Assembly (NCBI RefSeq): GCF_009834535.1
Contig: NC_045696.1
Location: 73,038,001-73,102,000, forward strand
Source of the DNA: Camelus ferus
Lineage: Eukaryota
DNA: 64,000 bases
Direction: 5' to 3'
This document shows positions 1 through 12,300 of this stretch, piece after piece (positions within the stretch are counted from its first letter, which is position 1; every line of letters starts with the position of its first letter). Below the pieces are notes generated by a model. It was not told the DNA's origin. It did no database searches and saw only the letters and a list, made by a program, of their open reading frames with translations. Both the position numbers and the translations under genes were made by a program.

Positions 1-280
1 CTAACCAGTAGCTTAGATGACTTAGAAATACTATAAAGACAGCAAGAGGGACCTTGCCAGAATCCATAACATTAAAAGTTGATCCCGAGGTTGGATTTTG
101 GTTGTCAGAGAACTCTTCATATTGTACTTAGGGTTCTTTGACTTGAACGTTTAACTCTAGTGAGTGCTGTGTTGTGCTTTAGTTATCAGTTTGGCATAAT
201 ACATTGTATAGATAAGTCCCTTAACCCAAGCTGCCCTACATTTTAAAACACAACCACCTAAAAACTGATGATTAACACAA

Positions 281-406
281 GAAGAAGGGAGGGAGGAAAA
301 GAGAGAAGAAAGGAGGGAAAGAGGTAGGGGAGAGAAGACAAGAAGAAAGAAAGAAGGAAAGGAAGGAGGAAAAGGAGGAAGTGGGGAAGGAAGAAAGGGA
401 GGAAAA
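281..406. repeat. GA-rich low-complexity purine tract
   Basis: Almost pure A/G run (gaagaagggagggaggaaaa...); explains the spurious Pro/Ser/Phe/Leu-rich minus-strand ORFs 157..558 and 272..499. Confidence 0.9.
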
Positions 407-1174
407 ACTCTGTTTTGGACAGTGGCAGCTGTTAGAGACAGACATAAGCAAAATGAATGAGATTGGTAATATATAAAACTTAAAAATTTCAAAGAGCATC
501 TAATGAACATATCAATGTTAACATGAGAGTCTTTATTTTTCCATTTCTTAATTTGCAAACAGAAGAGAAGACTCTAGAAGTTTGAACTTGGGGGCTTGAG
601 CATATGTTTCCAAATCAAAATGATACACTCCTCAGTCTAATGTTACATTTTAATTGAAAACCCTCGGCACAAGGAAGGTTATAATGAATGTTATTATTGA
701 TATAGTATATGCAGCGTTCAACCTGAACAGTTGCTTTTCCTTTTATGGACCCTTTTTCATTTTTTTCTAATCCTAAAAAGCTTGACTAGATTTGTTTGGC
801 TGCAAGCATAGTTCAGGGGCAAAAGCCTTAATTTGAGTATACATAAAGTGACTAATTTAAGTGTACACAATTTAAGAAATAAAATAATAATTTTATATTA
901 ACATACACACACCTACATTACATGATTAAAACAATATGATTAAAAACCTAATTAGAATCACATGGTGTTATCCTTTTGTATTTCTTGATTTCTGTATGTT
1001 TAGGTAGGTTACATCAATATCAGGTTAACTAAACATTTTATTTATTGTTTCTAGAGTATTTTGTAAACTTTTTTTTAACATGGAGAACAAAAAGTGAAGA
1101 GAAACAAAAAGTAGTCCTACAGAGCTTTGTTTATCCAGACTTGCTAAGATGTCAAAAGACACCAGTCTATTAAC

Positions 1175-1520
1175 GCTAGGAGGGCAGCCCTGGAGAGTAA
1201 GGGAATTAGGGAGAGGTTGCGAAAAGAGTGCAAACTTTCAGCTATAAGATAAATAAGGTCTGAGAGTTTAATGTACAATATGGTGTCTATAGTTGATAAC
1301 ACTGTATTGAATAACTGAAATTTGGTAAGAGAGTAGAACTTAAGTGTTTTCCTCAAAAAAAAAAAAAAGAAGAAGAAGATAAATACATAAAGTGATGGAT
1401 GTGTTAATTAACTAGATGGAAGGAATCCTTTCACAATGTGTGCTTGAATCAAATCATCACAATGTACATTTTAAATATCTTACAATTTCATTTGTCAATC
1501 TCATAGAGCTTAAAAAAAAT
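1175..1520 (+). mobile_element. LINE-1 3' end fragment (old L1MA/L1MB-like)
   Basis: Typical L1 3'UTR text: caaactttcagctataagataaataag...tatagttgataacactgtattg...aagagagtagaacttaagtgtt...gatggatgtgttaattaactaga...aatcatcacaatgtaca, ending in an A-run; subfamily from memory. Confidence 0.8.
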
Positions 1521-2024
1521 AAACACTAGAAGGTAAATCTCACCTATAGTAGAACTTAATCAACAGCAGGCTCTCAAATAATCACTTAATATGCAGAACC
1601 TGTTTCTAAAAGAGGATTATTATATTTTATTTTGAAATATGTAATCTATGGTTTTCATACACATTAAAAAAATTCTAGTTAGTTATGTAATTTATATAGG
1701 GCTGCCCATGTTTGACTTTTAGAAATTAAGACCTTCAACTCTGAAAGACCATTGACAGATAGATGGATAGACAGATAGGTACACACACACAAAGGAAAAC
1801 AATAATTAGCAAAATCTAAGTGAATAGAATTTTTAGATCGGGTCTTTTAACTTTTTTATCCGTTTGTAGAAACTTTGCTCTTTAATACAAAATCTTGATT
1901 TTCAGGGACATAGAACACAAAAATAAGTAAAAAGTCTATTGCTATAGATAAATCACTTGAAATAGAATTTATAAAATCTGAGTTGGTATCACAGTTCTAT
2001 TTATTAGCAGAATTACAGTGTCAA

Positions 2025-2150
2025 ATGATTCAGCTGCCTCCTTGGTAAAATGGGATTAATGATATTTATCTATTTCATGACATTATTCTAAGGATCAAAC
2101 AAAATTATGAACTGAAACATGCTTTGTAAACTATAGGGCATTAAACAAAT
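2025..2150 (+). mobile_element. MIR SINE fragment
   Basis: MIR core-like ...cctccttggtaaaatgggattaatgatatttatctatttcatg...aaacatgctttgtaaactata; highly diverged. Confidence 0.55.
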
Positions 2151-3129
2151 TTAAGTTGCTTTTAAGAAATAATCTTATTTAGTTGAGAAATTATGATTTA
2201 CATAAGATATCATTCCTAACAGTGAGTTTGATGTCTGAGCACGGGTACCATTTCGGAAGCATATATTTAACCAATAGGAAGTAGAGTGTCTCTCTGGTCG
2301 CCTCTCAGACAGATTAACAACCTGCAAGAAAAGGATCTCCAGTTAGAGCCATGCTGCATTAGGTGGACAGTGTAATCACTAGGACAATTATTAATACAAA
2401 GAAAGTGGAAACATGAGTCTGAAGAGGTGAAATATCAAAGGTACTCTTTATCAAGAGTGAAACTTTGAAATCCATCTATTTAAGATTAATCACTATTCTT
2501 TTAGCTAAGCTGTTGTCATCTCTAACTTTCCCTGAGTAGAAAATAATCTACACTTCCAACTAAGTTATTCATGGTCCAATTTGTTCTCAGAATACTATAA
2601 TAGGCTTTGTGAAGATAAGTTTTATAATAGGGATTTAACATAGTGAGAAGCCAAGACACAGAGGCCTTCAAACACAAAGAGTATATATGTGTATAAACTG
2701 CTCAGTCCCCTCCCAGTCTTCTTCCACTCTCCCTGTCCCCTCCCCTCAAAAGACATTCACTCCTGCTTAAAGTCTAACTTTTACAAAGGATATAAATGAA
2801 ACGCCATCTGAACAACTTCACAGTACAATTGGTTTAGCTACTGCAGTGTTGCTTTGGAGCCATTTCAACAGCACTGGGGAAAAGGGGGAAACTGTGAGTA
2901 AAGTACCACTGGAAGAAGGAATGCTGTGAAGGGTTTTAAGAAAAAGAAACATTCAAAATCTTCCCTCTTGGCAATTCCATCTTGTTTGATGACCACATTT
3001 ACATAAGGGGTTAGTTCACGGGCTAGAACTCTCAAAGAGAACTCTACTTTCCTGGAGAAAATAAAACTTTTCAGGGTACCATCCTGAAAAAAAAAAGAAG
3101 AAGAAGAAAAAGAAGGAAAAAGAATCACT

Positions 3130-5846
3130 GATGATTTACATACATTATTTTTATTTCCCGAGCTTTTGATATCTCAAACTATTGAAAATACATAAAGTTA
3201 ATTCAGAGATTTTATTCATTTATTGATTTGCCCTCTTCAGCTCTACAAGCTCTAGTTCCCTATTTATAATTTTTTATTTGCACCCAAATGAATATATCGA
3301 CGATTTCTTTTACAAAGTAGCAAGGCAGTTGAAGCACAGTGCAAGTTTATCTTCATTCCAGATGGTTTTTTTTTTTTTTTTAGGTTCTATATTTTCCCGT
3401 TTTAAACATTTCAAGACACAAGCACAACATGTCATATTTTAAATACTTAAGACTCGTTATCTATTAGTGTATTTTAATAACTAGCTTCCCTTTTCCATAT
3501 ATGTTACAGCCCTGCTGTACCTATTTTATTGCAAGTCAGGCTATCTTACTTGCATGTTTGTATCAAAGTATATAAAAGAATGAAGATGTATGATTTATTG
3601 AGTATTTATAGTCAAAACTTTGGTTTGATTAAAAAAAATCTTACAAATCACATAAAAATTGTGTCACAAATATACATTTTAAACAAAGAAAGAAATTTTT
3701 AATTGTTTTTAATGTGCTTTTAATGATTTCTAGCACTCACACCTCCTTATTTGCTTTCCAAACTGTTTATACTGTCCCCAATAACACTCAGTGGAAAGCT
3801 GTCATTCCTGGCTAAATCCTTACTTAGGGTGGATGCTATGCCTCCGTGAGACAGGGTCAGGGGGTCAAAATCGATTTTGGAGGCCACCTGGAGAGTCCAG
3901 GCCATGAACTGACTCAAAAAATTTATATCAGAGCTGGAATAGTCCACCTCCCAGGGTCAGATCTGGCCTGACACTCCAACCGCAGGCTGGGGCATGCTAG
4001 ACCGAGCTCAGAGAGAGGCCAGAGTTGTTGACCCTGCTAGCTGACCTCTTCAAACTTCAGGAGAATTTTTTTGGCAGTTACCACGGTGACTGGGTACTCT
4101 AAAAGCTTATCCTTCTTACTGAAAGGAGGGAAAAAAAATTAGGAAAAAAATATGTTAAAACCTACCTTGCAGAGATGCCTATCACAGTTAAAGTTAAAAA
4201 AAAAAAAAAAAGGAAAAGGAAAAAATCTGAAGAAGCTCTAAATTGTCTATAACTTTGATATTAATTTCCACTGCTGTTGTAAAGAAACTGGAATTTGAAA
4301 GGTCTTTCAAAAAGCAAAATTTCACATTTGGAACAGATACTGCTGTTTTTATTTTTAAACCAGTAGCTGACAACAATTTGAATAATGTTATTAAAAATAC
4401 TTTTTAAACAATGTAATTGACTTGGAAATTCTAATATATTTCTGCTTTTCTTTGAGAATAATCAGCTTTGAAATAAGATCCACCATAAATGCTAATCTAC
4501 TATGGAAAAATGCTAGAATACTCATTTTTGCATCAAAAATACACTCAAAATATATTTTTTTTCCTGAGAGTAAAGTGTCCGGTTTTGCCTGACTTGAAAT
4601 TTAAAAATCAGGGGAAAAGCAAGGGGCCATTATAATTATATATTTTATTTTTTACCAAATCACTTAATAAAATAATATATACATTAAAAATAACATCATA
4701 AAAATACCCTACATATAACAAAACAATGCTGAGAGTGAAAAATATAAGTTTCACATTCTTTTTGAGCAATTTAAAGTTAAAAAAAATCATAGAATAGTCT
4801 TCTACGTCAATATCAAATGCTATCTTGTTCTAAAGTTCCACAACAATAAAGACTTTTGGATTAAAATTTAATTCCCCATGGGGTAAACCTATGCACATTA
4901 TAAAACTCTGCTAGTTGATTTTTGGTGACAGACTGTAATACAAAATACTCTAAAATGGCTCCTATATGCGACTTGAAATTAGACGAGAATCGTAATAATT
5001 TAGAAGTAGAATATTCTTTAATCATAATAATATTTTCTTTAAAAAATGACTGTGTACTGTATAACGACTTTTTGTAAAGTGAAATCATTGATTCTGAGAA
5101 TTGCTACTGCTCTGGCCCTTCTTGAATTTTCTCATCTACCTCTTACATGACCCGGGTCCTGGAAGTCTTGAAGGGACTTTCTCGTGTGTGTGTGTGTGTG
5201 TATATGTGTGTGTATTTGAACATAAGCATGCACAAATGATTAAGCATTGGTGAGGAGAGGGTGGTTTTGCATTTTAAAAAGCAGTGGCTATGTAACAAAA
5301 CAATGTCTTTGGTCTAAATATCATTTCTCATCTTGACTCTTAGCCAAGAAAGAAAAAATGATGAATTACAGAAATGTAGTAACTGACACTCCAAAAATGA
5401 ATACTGAAATTTCAGAGGAATGTTTTAACCTAATCTTGAGTGTTCATTTTGCTGTGACCTATTTTCACTGCTTTGTAATCACCCCTAAATTCCTAGAACA
5501 GCATAGACATAAAACCAAGCATCTGTTAATTAATCTTAATTTTTAAAAAACAAAATATAATTCAGAATATAATTTCCTTTCTTGTCTTGTGTTCAAAATA
5601 TCCAGTGAAAAGAAAGATTGGAGATATATTCTGAGATGATTTTGCCACATGATCCAACTGCACTTTGCTAAAACACAGGTCTTTCAACAGTGCTGTTCTT
5701 GCCATTGCAAAGTGGGCAACGAGGTTGGTGAGTCACTACAATTGTGGTGCCAGCTCATTCTCTATGATGAACTCAGACTGTCCTTCCCAGACGGGAACTC
5801 TTGGCACGCTTCCTTAAAGACCCGGAGGCTGGCAAAGCATGAAGAA
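3130..5846 (-). ncRNA. SOX2-OT: SOX2-OT lncRNA, long terminal exon (3' end approximate)
   Basis: Minus-strand acceptor ttcctgtttgatAG|TTCTTCATGCTTTGCCAG at 5847/5846. Segments near 5829-5848 and 3725-3910 (GTTCATGGCCTGGACTCTCC) match remembered human SOX2-OT sequence. Several AATAAA on minus (3150-3155, 3211-3216, 3219-3224, 3273-3278); which one is used is unknown. Confidence 0.65.
5184..5214. repeat. (TG)n microsatellite
   Basis: gtgtgtgtgtgtgtgtgtatatgtgtgtgta. Confidence 0.9.
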
Positions 5847-6229
5847 CTATCAAACAGGAAATGAGGTCCTCCTCAGGTTTTGAAAAGAGATGATAGAAGT
5901 CTTAAAATGAGGCAAGCCAGACCAGAATCTCCTAAACCACAAGCCTTATCTTGAGTGAAACATTATTTCTAAGTTGGATCTGAAAAGGAAAAGAAGTTAA
6001 AGTATAAGACAACGGTTCATTTGTACACAAGGAAAGAGTGCCAAGCCTTTTAGCATGGTTTCCTCAAGTCAAAGTTACGATCTCTCCCAGGAAAGGATCA
6101 AAAATTATTTATCCGTCTTCTGCATAAATTTCTACTAAAAGGACAATGAAATAAATAGATACCTTATTCAGTAAGTCATAAACCTGGATCTTAGGTTGAA
6201 AATTCATCAATATGTTGTAGAACTTCAGA

Positions 6230-6390
6230 ATTCAGGGACTGGGAGGGATTTAAGAGACTATCTAGTCCTACCTCTTTACATATGTAAAATCTGAAGCCAG
6301 GAACATGGACTGCCTTACATACACATTTCTAGTTACATGCCTCAACTGGACCTTAGAGTGTCTTTGGCATTTCTTGCCTAGTGGGTTCTC
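6230..6390 (-). mobile_element. MIR-like fragment
   Basis: ggagggatttaagagactatctagtcc...tttacatatgtaaaatctgaagccagg resembles a decayed reverse MIR core. Confidence 0.4.
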
Positions 6391-8539
6391 TACTACAACC
6401 TGCAGCCTCTTCACTGGTGGAAAGGATCTTAAAAGCCCATACCGGTAGATACAGTCAAAGCCTTGGGGACAAGAGTTATTCTGGGACCACAGTATAAAAT
6501 GATTGTAAAACCCATTCAAGTTACACTTCCAGGAAACCACCTTAGGTACCACACAAGCAGAAATTCCATAAAATCAGGAAGTGAAACAATACAGTAATAT
6601 GTGCTGTAGGGGGTCTCAAAATTCTCAGGAACTTACTATGTCTGATGGTAACAAGGGTATGTTGTTAATATTATTTCTCCAGCTAGTTGTTTTTATTGAT
6701 CTGTCATGGCTAATAGGCATTGATTGATTTTCTTTTCATCGGTACAGAGTCTCCACTCTGCCATGTTTATAATTAAATACTGAGAAGCAGAACTTCTGGT
6801 GTTAGCCTAAACTTCCAGCAGTATGAAAGTCTGCCCAAATAACCATGAACTATGTAAGACATGATGCCTGCTAGTCCAGAAAGGGCTTACTCTGGTCTTT
6901 CTTTAACATTTCTCTAATTTACTTCACTTGCAAATTGTACCTATTAGGATCAGTGGATCCTGAAAATGAAGCAAAAAGAAGCCTGTAGAAAAATGTGGAA
7001 TTCATTGCCAATACCCCAAACTGCCACTTGTCAACTGCATTCAGCTGTAACATTTACTCTCTGCATCATGTATTTCCAGTGTGGACCCCAAAAGCCCCTT
7101 CTAACTTGTCATGGCATTTGGAAGAAGAGCATGATTTAAATTTGAGAATCCGGCTCAGGGCCCTGGAAGGAAAAATAGGAAGGGTTAAGAATTTAAGGGG
7201 AGGAGAAAAAAAGTACTAGGTATGCTGAGGGGCCAGTGGTTTTTATAGGGAAGAAGGCTGGTGTTTTGGAAGATAGTTATTCGTGATTAACAGGTGAAAG
7301 CAATAGGAGTCAGGTAGTCCTTAACACCCATCTAGAATTTCAAAGAAATGCTATATCCTTTCCATAGGTTCTAGTGGGTGTTAGTTAAGGGGAGGCATTC
7401 TGGGTACTAATTACATATTAAATTTTTGGAGCAGGGAATGAAAAACAACACTGAGGTAGGGTCAGAAGAATGCTTGCTTAGCTACTCAAGGCTCCTGATG
7501 CAGTTCAGCGATCTACTTCACAGTTGTGCAGGTGTCTATCCGCCGGCTCCTCAAAACGCTTTAGTAGTCTCCCCTAACACAGAAGCAGACTTTGCTCGAA
7601 AGAGAAAGAGCTGTTAAGGGAAACTTGTTGGCAGAAGGGAACTTCCCAGTATGCAAACATTTTTCCTTTTGGAATCAAGGATGAAAGGCAGGTGAAGACA
7701 GTAAGTGAGGAATTATGAGATTCAAGAGTGAGAACTGCTGGCTTGGTTCTGAGCACCACCCCCAGGACCAGCCAGGCGGTGCTCCAGGGACAGGGTGGAT
7801 GACAGACAGAGAAGCTGGTTGCCTTCCCCAGCTTCTTGACCTGTTTTAAGACTTGGCCAGAGCTGTTCCCTCAGTCTAGGTGGGGACAGCACTCCGTTTC
7901 AGACACTATCCACTGACCTGCTCTTAGGAGGGCACAGACTAGGGCAACTTGGCCAGTGCCTGCCTTCTGCTGAGACACGAACACTTGAAAAGGGGCCCAC
8001 TCTTTTGGCATCCTTCAGAGGCTCCTCAGGAAATTGTTAAAGACAGAAATTTTGAAATTGAATTTTAATGATTGAGAAAAGAGGGGTGAGGCACAGCAGC
8101 TGCTCCAGAGCAGCTGCCCCCGCGGCTCCGTCCTTGTGAGAGGCCCGTCTCTTGGCCACCACACCCACCAGTCCAAGAAGAAGGGGAGAGGAGGGGCCGG
8201 AAGGTGAAGGGTTCAAGTTTAGAACCACGGCCCCGGCCCTGGGCGTTGGGGAGACCTCCACATTCACAAACAGAAAGGAAAAGGCAAGCAAAACAACAAC
8301 AAAAACCTAACTCAGTCCCAGGTCGCTCAAACGACTTGTGGGCCAAAGAACACATTTTTGTGAGGGATGAGGGACATTTTTGTGAAGGACCTGGGCGGGA
8401 AGGGGAGAGTTTTGTAGGAGAAGGATCTGGAGGGTCCTTCCCCTGGATCCCCACGGCTTCTTCTGCCTGCCTGGGCCACGTCGAAATGAGAAGCGGAACA
8501 CAGGACCATGATCTCCCACCACCAGCTTCCTAATCCCCC

Positions 8540-8910
8540 AAACTCAAGTGCCGGAGACGGAAACTTCCCGAAAAGTTATTGCCGCCGGCAAATTCGGGCT
8601 GACAAATTGCGGACAGTCGCGCCTCCAGCGTGCAGGACGGCTGTCAGGCGGGCAGTCCAGGAGCAGACGCACGCAGGGGCGCGCAGGGCGCAGGCGCAGC
8701 CCCGTCGGCACTTGCCAGGCTGTGCCCCGCCCCCACCCGGTCGCCACACCTGCCCCCCCCCCCCCCCCCAGGGACCGGTCGTGCCGGCGGGACGCCAGGT
8801 CTCCCACCGCCGGCTCTAGCTCTTGCTCTCTTCCCGAGGCTCACACCGACTACAAGGAGGAGCCTCTCTCGTCCCTCTCCTCCAGTTAACCCTTCTGGGT
8901 GCGCGCGTCT
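8540..8910. promoter_or_regulatory. Small CpG island in SOX2-OT intron
   Basis: Abrupt GC/CpG-rich patch in AT-rich context; GCGCAGGCGCA at 8688-8698; GC box; long C run at ~8753-8769. Confidence 0.75.
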
Positions 8911-9197
8911 ATGGTCTCAGTCGCCCTTGATTTACAGTCACAGTCACGTTACCCGAGTTTTCTTTTGTTTGAAATCCTGGGCCCGCAAGACCTTGGCATG
9001 TGTTGGACGTCTAGTTACTTCTGCGTGCCTGTCTGTATCCTGCGACAGAGAAAATCATTAGGAATTGAGGCTCAAGATGAATAATACTTATATTTTTACC
9101 TGTGGATGCACTGGAAGAATGTGGGTATATTAAATTATTTCAGAATTTAAGGTAAACCTGAAAAAGATCTTTCAAAGTGTTTACAGGTAAGTGCCTT

Positions 9198-9335
9198 GGG
9201 GGGAGGGTATCACTCAGTGGTAGAGTGCGCGCTTAGCATGCTCGAGGGCCTGGGTTCAATCCCCAGCACCTCCATTAAACAAATATAAATAAATAAATAA
9301 ATAAACCTAACCCCCCCAAAAAACAAACGAGCAAA
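9198..9335 (+). mobile_element. tRNA-Ala(AGC)-derived SINE, camelid Vic-1-like
   Basis: ggggagggtatcactcagtggtagagtgcgcgcttagcatgctcgagggcctgggttcaatccccagcacctcca carries Pol III A and B boxes and an AGC anticodon loop, followed by a (TAAA)n-cctaa-Cn-An tail; imperfect flanking direct repeats at 9174-9196 and 9336-9358. Confidence 0.85.
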
Positions 9336-12300
9336 AAAATGTTTTCAGTTAAGTGCCTCTGTCGACATCCACCCACCCACCCACCTATACCGCACACATT
9401 TGCTAGAATGCCCTTTGATTTGTTTTCTTTTACATTTTGATTTACTGTGTGTTTTAAATTTAGGAGCAACTTTAAACACATACATTGATCTAAATATGGA
9501 TTCTCTATGTAAGATATGACTTCTTTCATGGTTTATTTACAAACTAGTCACCTAATCAGAAAGCTTCAGATTCAGTGATCAGTCACAGCCCTCCTAGGAG
9601 GTTGATTTAGCTACTGAAGTTTGGGTTCACAGTTAAATTCACTCTTCCACTTTCTCCAACTTAAATTTTGATTTCTGCATTTAAATACAACATGGTACTT
9701 GAATAAGTCTTCTTGTTAAACTGGAGGCTTTTCTCATTTCCCTGAACTCTATAAATGAACTGCATTGTCACATAATCGATAGGAAAAACTCAGCTGTCAC
9801 AGATCCTAAGCAACCCCCTGCCACAGAAATAACACGATCTGGCATTTCTGAGTTTGAAAAATGTGCTGTTTGGATGACATGCAACCAGAGCTACTCAGAT
9901 GGCTTAAATGTCACGGCCTCTACGATCAGCTGAGGATGGGTTCAGCTGAGATATTTCTAACAGGCTTCTCCTGGTTAGAGGCTGGGTGTTCCGCTTTTTT
10001 CCTCTATAATCAAGTAGTCTAAGAGTATTGGGATCTGGGATTCAAAGCTATTTCTAAGCTCATCTAAGTTTGTCTGCTGTCACAGAGTTTATGACAGAAT
10101 TTCAAATTACGCATTTTCCTCCCTGAACCGATGAGCAATTCCAATCTGGATTTTGGAGTTTAAATCTAAGACTAAATGTCCAGCAACTTCAACATCTATC
10201 CTTTGGAGTCCTATTATCAGTCCCACCAGTGTGATCAGGATTTCTGCAGTATATAAATTCTTCAGTTCAAAAGCAACTGAATGGCATCTGATCATAAGTA
10301 ACAGGAACTCATAATCTCCAGCAAGCTGTTTCTCTGCTTCAATGTCACTGTCTCTAGTTGCATCTTCGGCCTTCACTCTACAGTCTGCCACGTACAAATG
10401 CTGCCATAGCGTAGGAGGGCATGAAAATATCATCCTTCCTTAACGTAGTCACTTCCCTTTTATCTTTGATGTAGTGCTCCTTACTTTTAACTCAATGACT
10501 TCTTTCACCGCTGGCATTTTTTTTTTAAGTGGTCCTCTGTTGACCTACCGTGGAATCTACCCCACTTGATAGATTAGATCATGTGATAAACATGTTAATT
10601 TATCTCACAAGAACCTTGCTAAGAAGCCTCATGACCTTGCATATTCCGAATCATTTACACACCAAAGGTGAAAGGTAATCTGATTCAGATTTGCTCTTGT
10701 CAGTGAATTGATGTATTAAATGGTATAGTTACTCTTAGCCTACCTGAACTCATCTGTACAAAGCAAGTGCTAGAGGGGGTCAGACAGTAGCAAGCTAAGT
10801 GAGACAAATTCAGTTTATCACGTCAAAGTAGCGATGCATAAAATTCGTCTTTTCTAAAACTAAAGCTATCGGAGCCTGCCTTTCTCACATCTACCACGGC
10901 TAAGATTTTTGGGGTGAACTAAGAAACACCATCTCTAATTAGTTCATTTGTCATCAGAGAACCACTGCATCAGACCAGGTATTTTGTTCCTATTCAACTC
11001 TAGAAGAAAATGGGACAACATGGGCTATTATAAAAAGCTCAGTATTCAGTGCCAGCATTGCAAATTGGCCTTCTTTTTTTTTTTTTAAACAAGATCTCAG
11101 AAACCCCCAACTCATTCAGACTATGTCTTGGCAACTTTGCGCTAGTTCCAGACAGGACTGTTAACACAGTAGATTTTATCCATTATCATAGTTCACAAGC
11201 TTCTCCATGGCTTCAAGTTGACATTTGGAACCTTGGTCATGCAACAGGGGTGAAAACCCATCCAGGAACCAAGTCACTTACTTCTGAAGTAACTGTCATA
11301 GGTGGGTGGAGGTGGAGGGTAGAGCAGGCAGTGAGATGGGGAAGAACTCTGGCAGGCAATAATCAGGCCAGGAGTGACTGAGCTCCGATGTCTATCAAGG
11401 ACAAGTAACTGATGAAAAGAGTCCTCTTCTTGGATACTGATTCATTGTGTGAATTTACCACATGTACAATTATGAGAAATGACTGCCCCCATCCCAGCCT
11501 TATACACTGAAGAGTCTTATTATTACTATTATGATTTAGAAATACAGTGCATTCAACTATCTTGTCCTCGATTCTCAAGACATAAGCCTCATGAGGTCAA
11601 TACCACAAATTTGAGGACCTGCCTGAATTCTTAATCACACAGTGCAGAGGTATGATACACTGGATAAAGATGTACTGAATGACCCCAGTGTCCATATGGC
11701 TCTAAAATTCTAAGTTGTTCATTTCTCTCGATTCTTACATGCACCCCCTTCCCACACAGAAAATATTTCTTTTCCTTACTGTCTGCAACCTAAACTTAAG
11801 AGCACACAAACCATGAGTTGAACGTAACTGCTTGCAGTGCTATTTATGAAATACTTCTCTCTCTTTTTTTTTTTCCACCCTAGGTATCCAAGCCAAGGGA
11901 CTGAGCAATGCATGGTGCTACTCAACTAGGTCTAAGAGAAAAGATGATCTGCAGTGATCTGGCTGTACCTGTTTTCTCACCCAGTTCCCGGAGCCTGCCC
12001 TCAGCTTAATTTTACAAACATACTGTCTGGTCACCATTTCTCTGTTAAAATGGCCCAGGGTTTTTGCCAGGAGTATTCTGCCACCATTGCTGGCACGTTT
12101 GTCTCTTCTGTCTAATGTCTGTTATTACCCAAAGCATTCTAAAAATCTAATTTCCAACTCTGAAAATATACTCTTACTACAGAAGTAATTACATTAGCAT
12201 AACAAGCTCAAAGTTCCAAGGTGGTCATTTGGTTATAGATCTCAAATCCCTTCTGTTCCAGCAGGCTGATGTTGAGGTACGATGTTGCCTTCCTGTCACT

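Noticed and set aside
157..558. 133-aa minus-strand ORF
   Set aside because: Translation of a purine-rich low-complexity tract
9198..9275. Possible tRNA-Ala(AGC) gene
   Set aside because: Acceptor and D stems are degenerate; the A-rich tail and flanking direct repeats indicate a SINE
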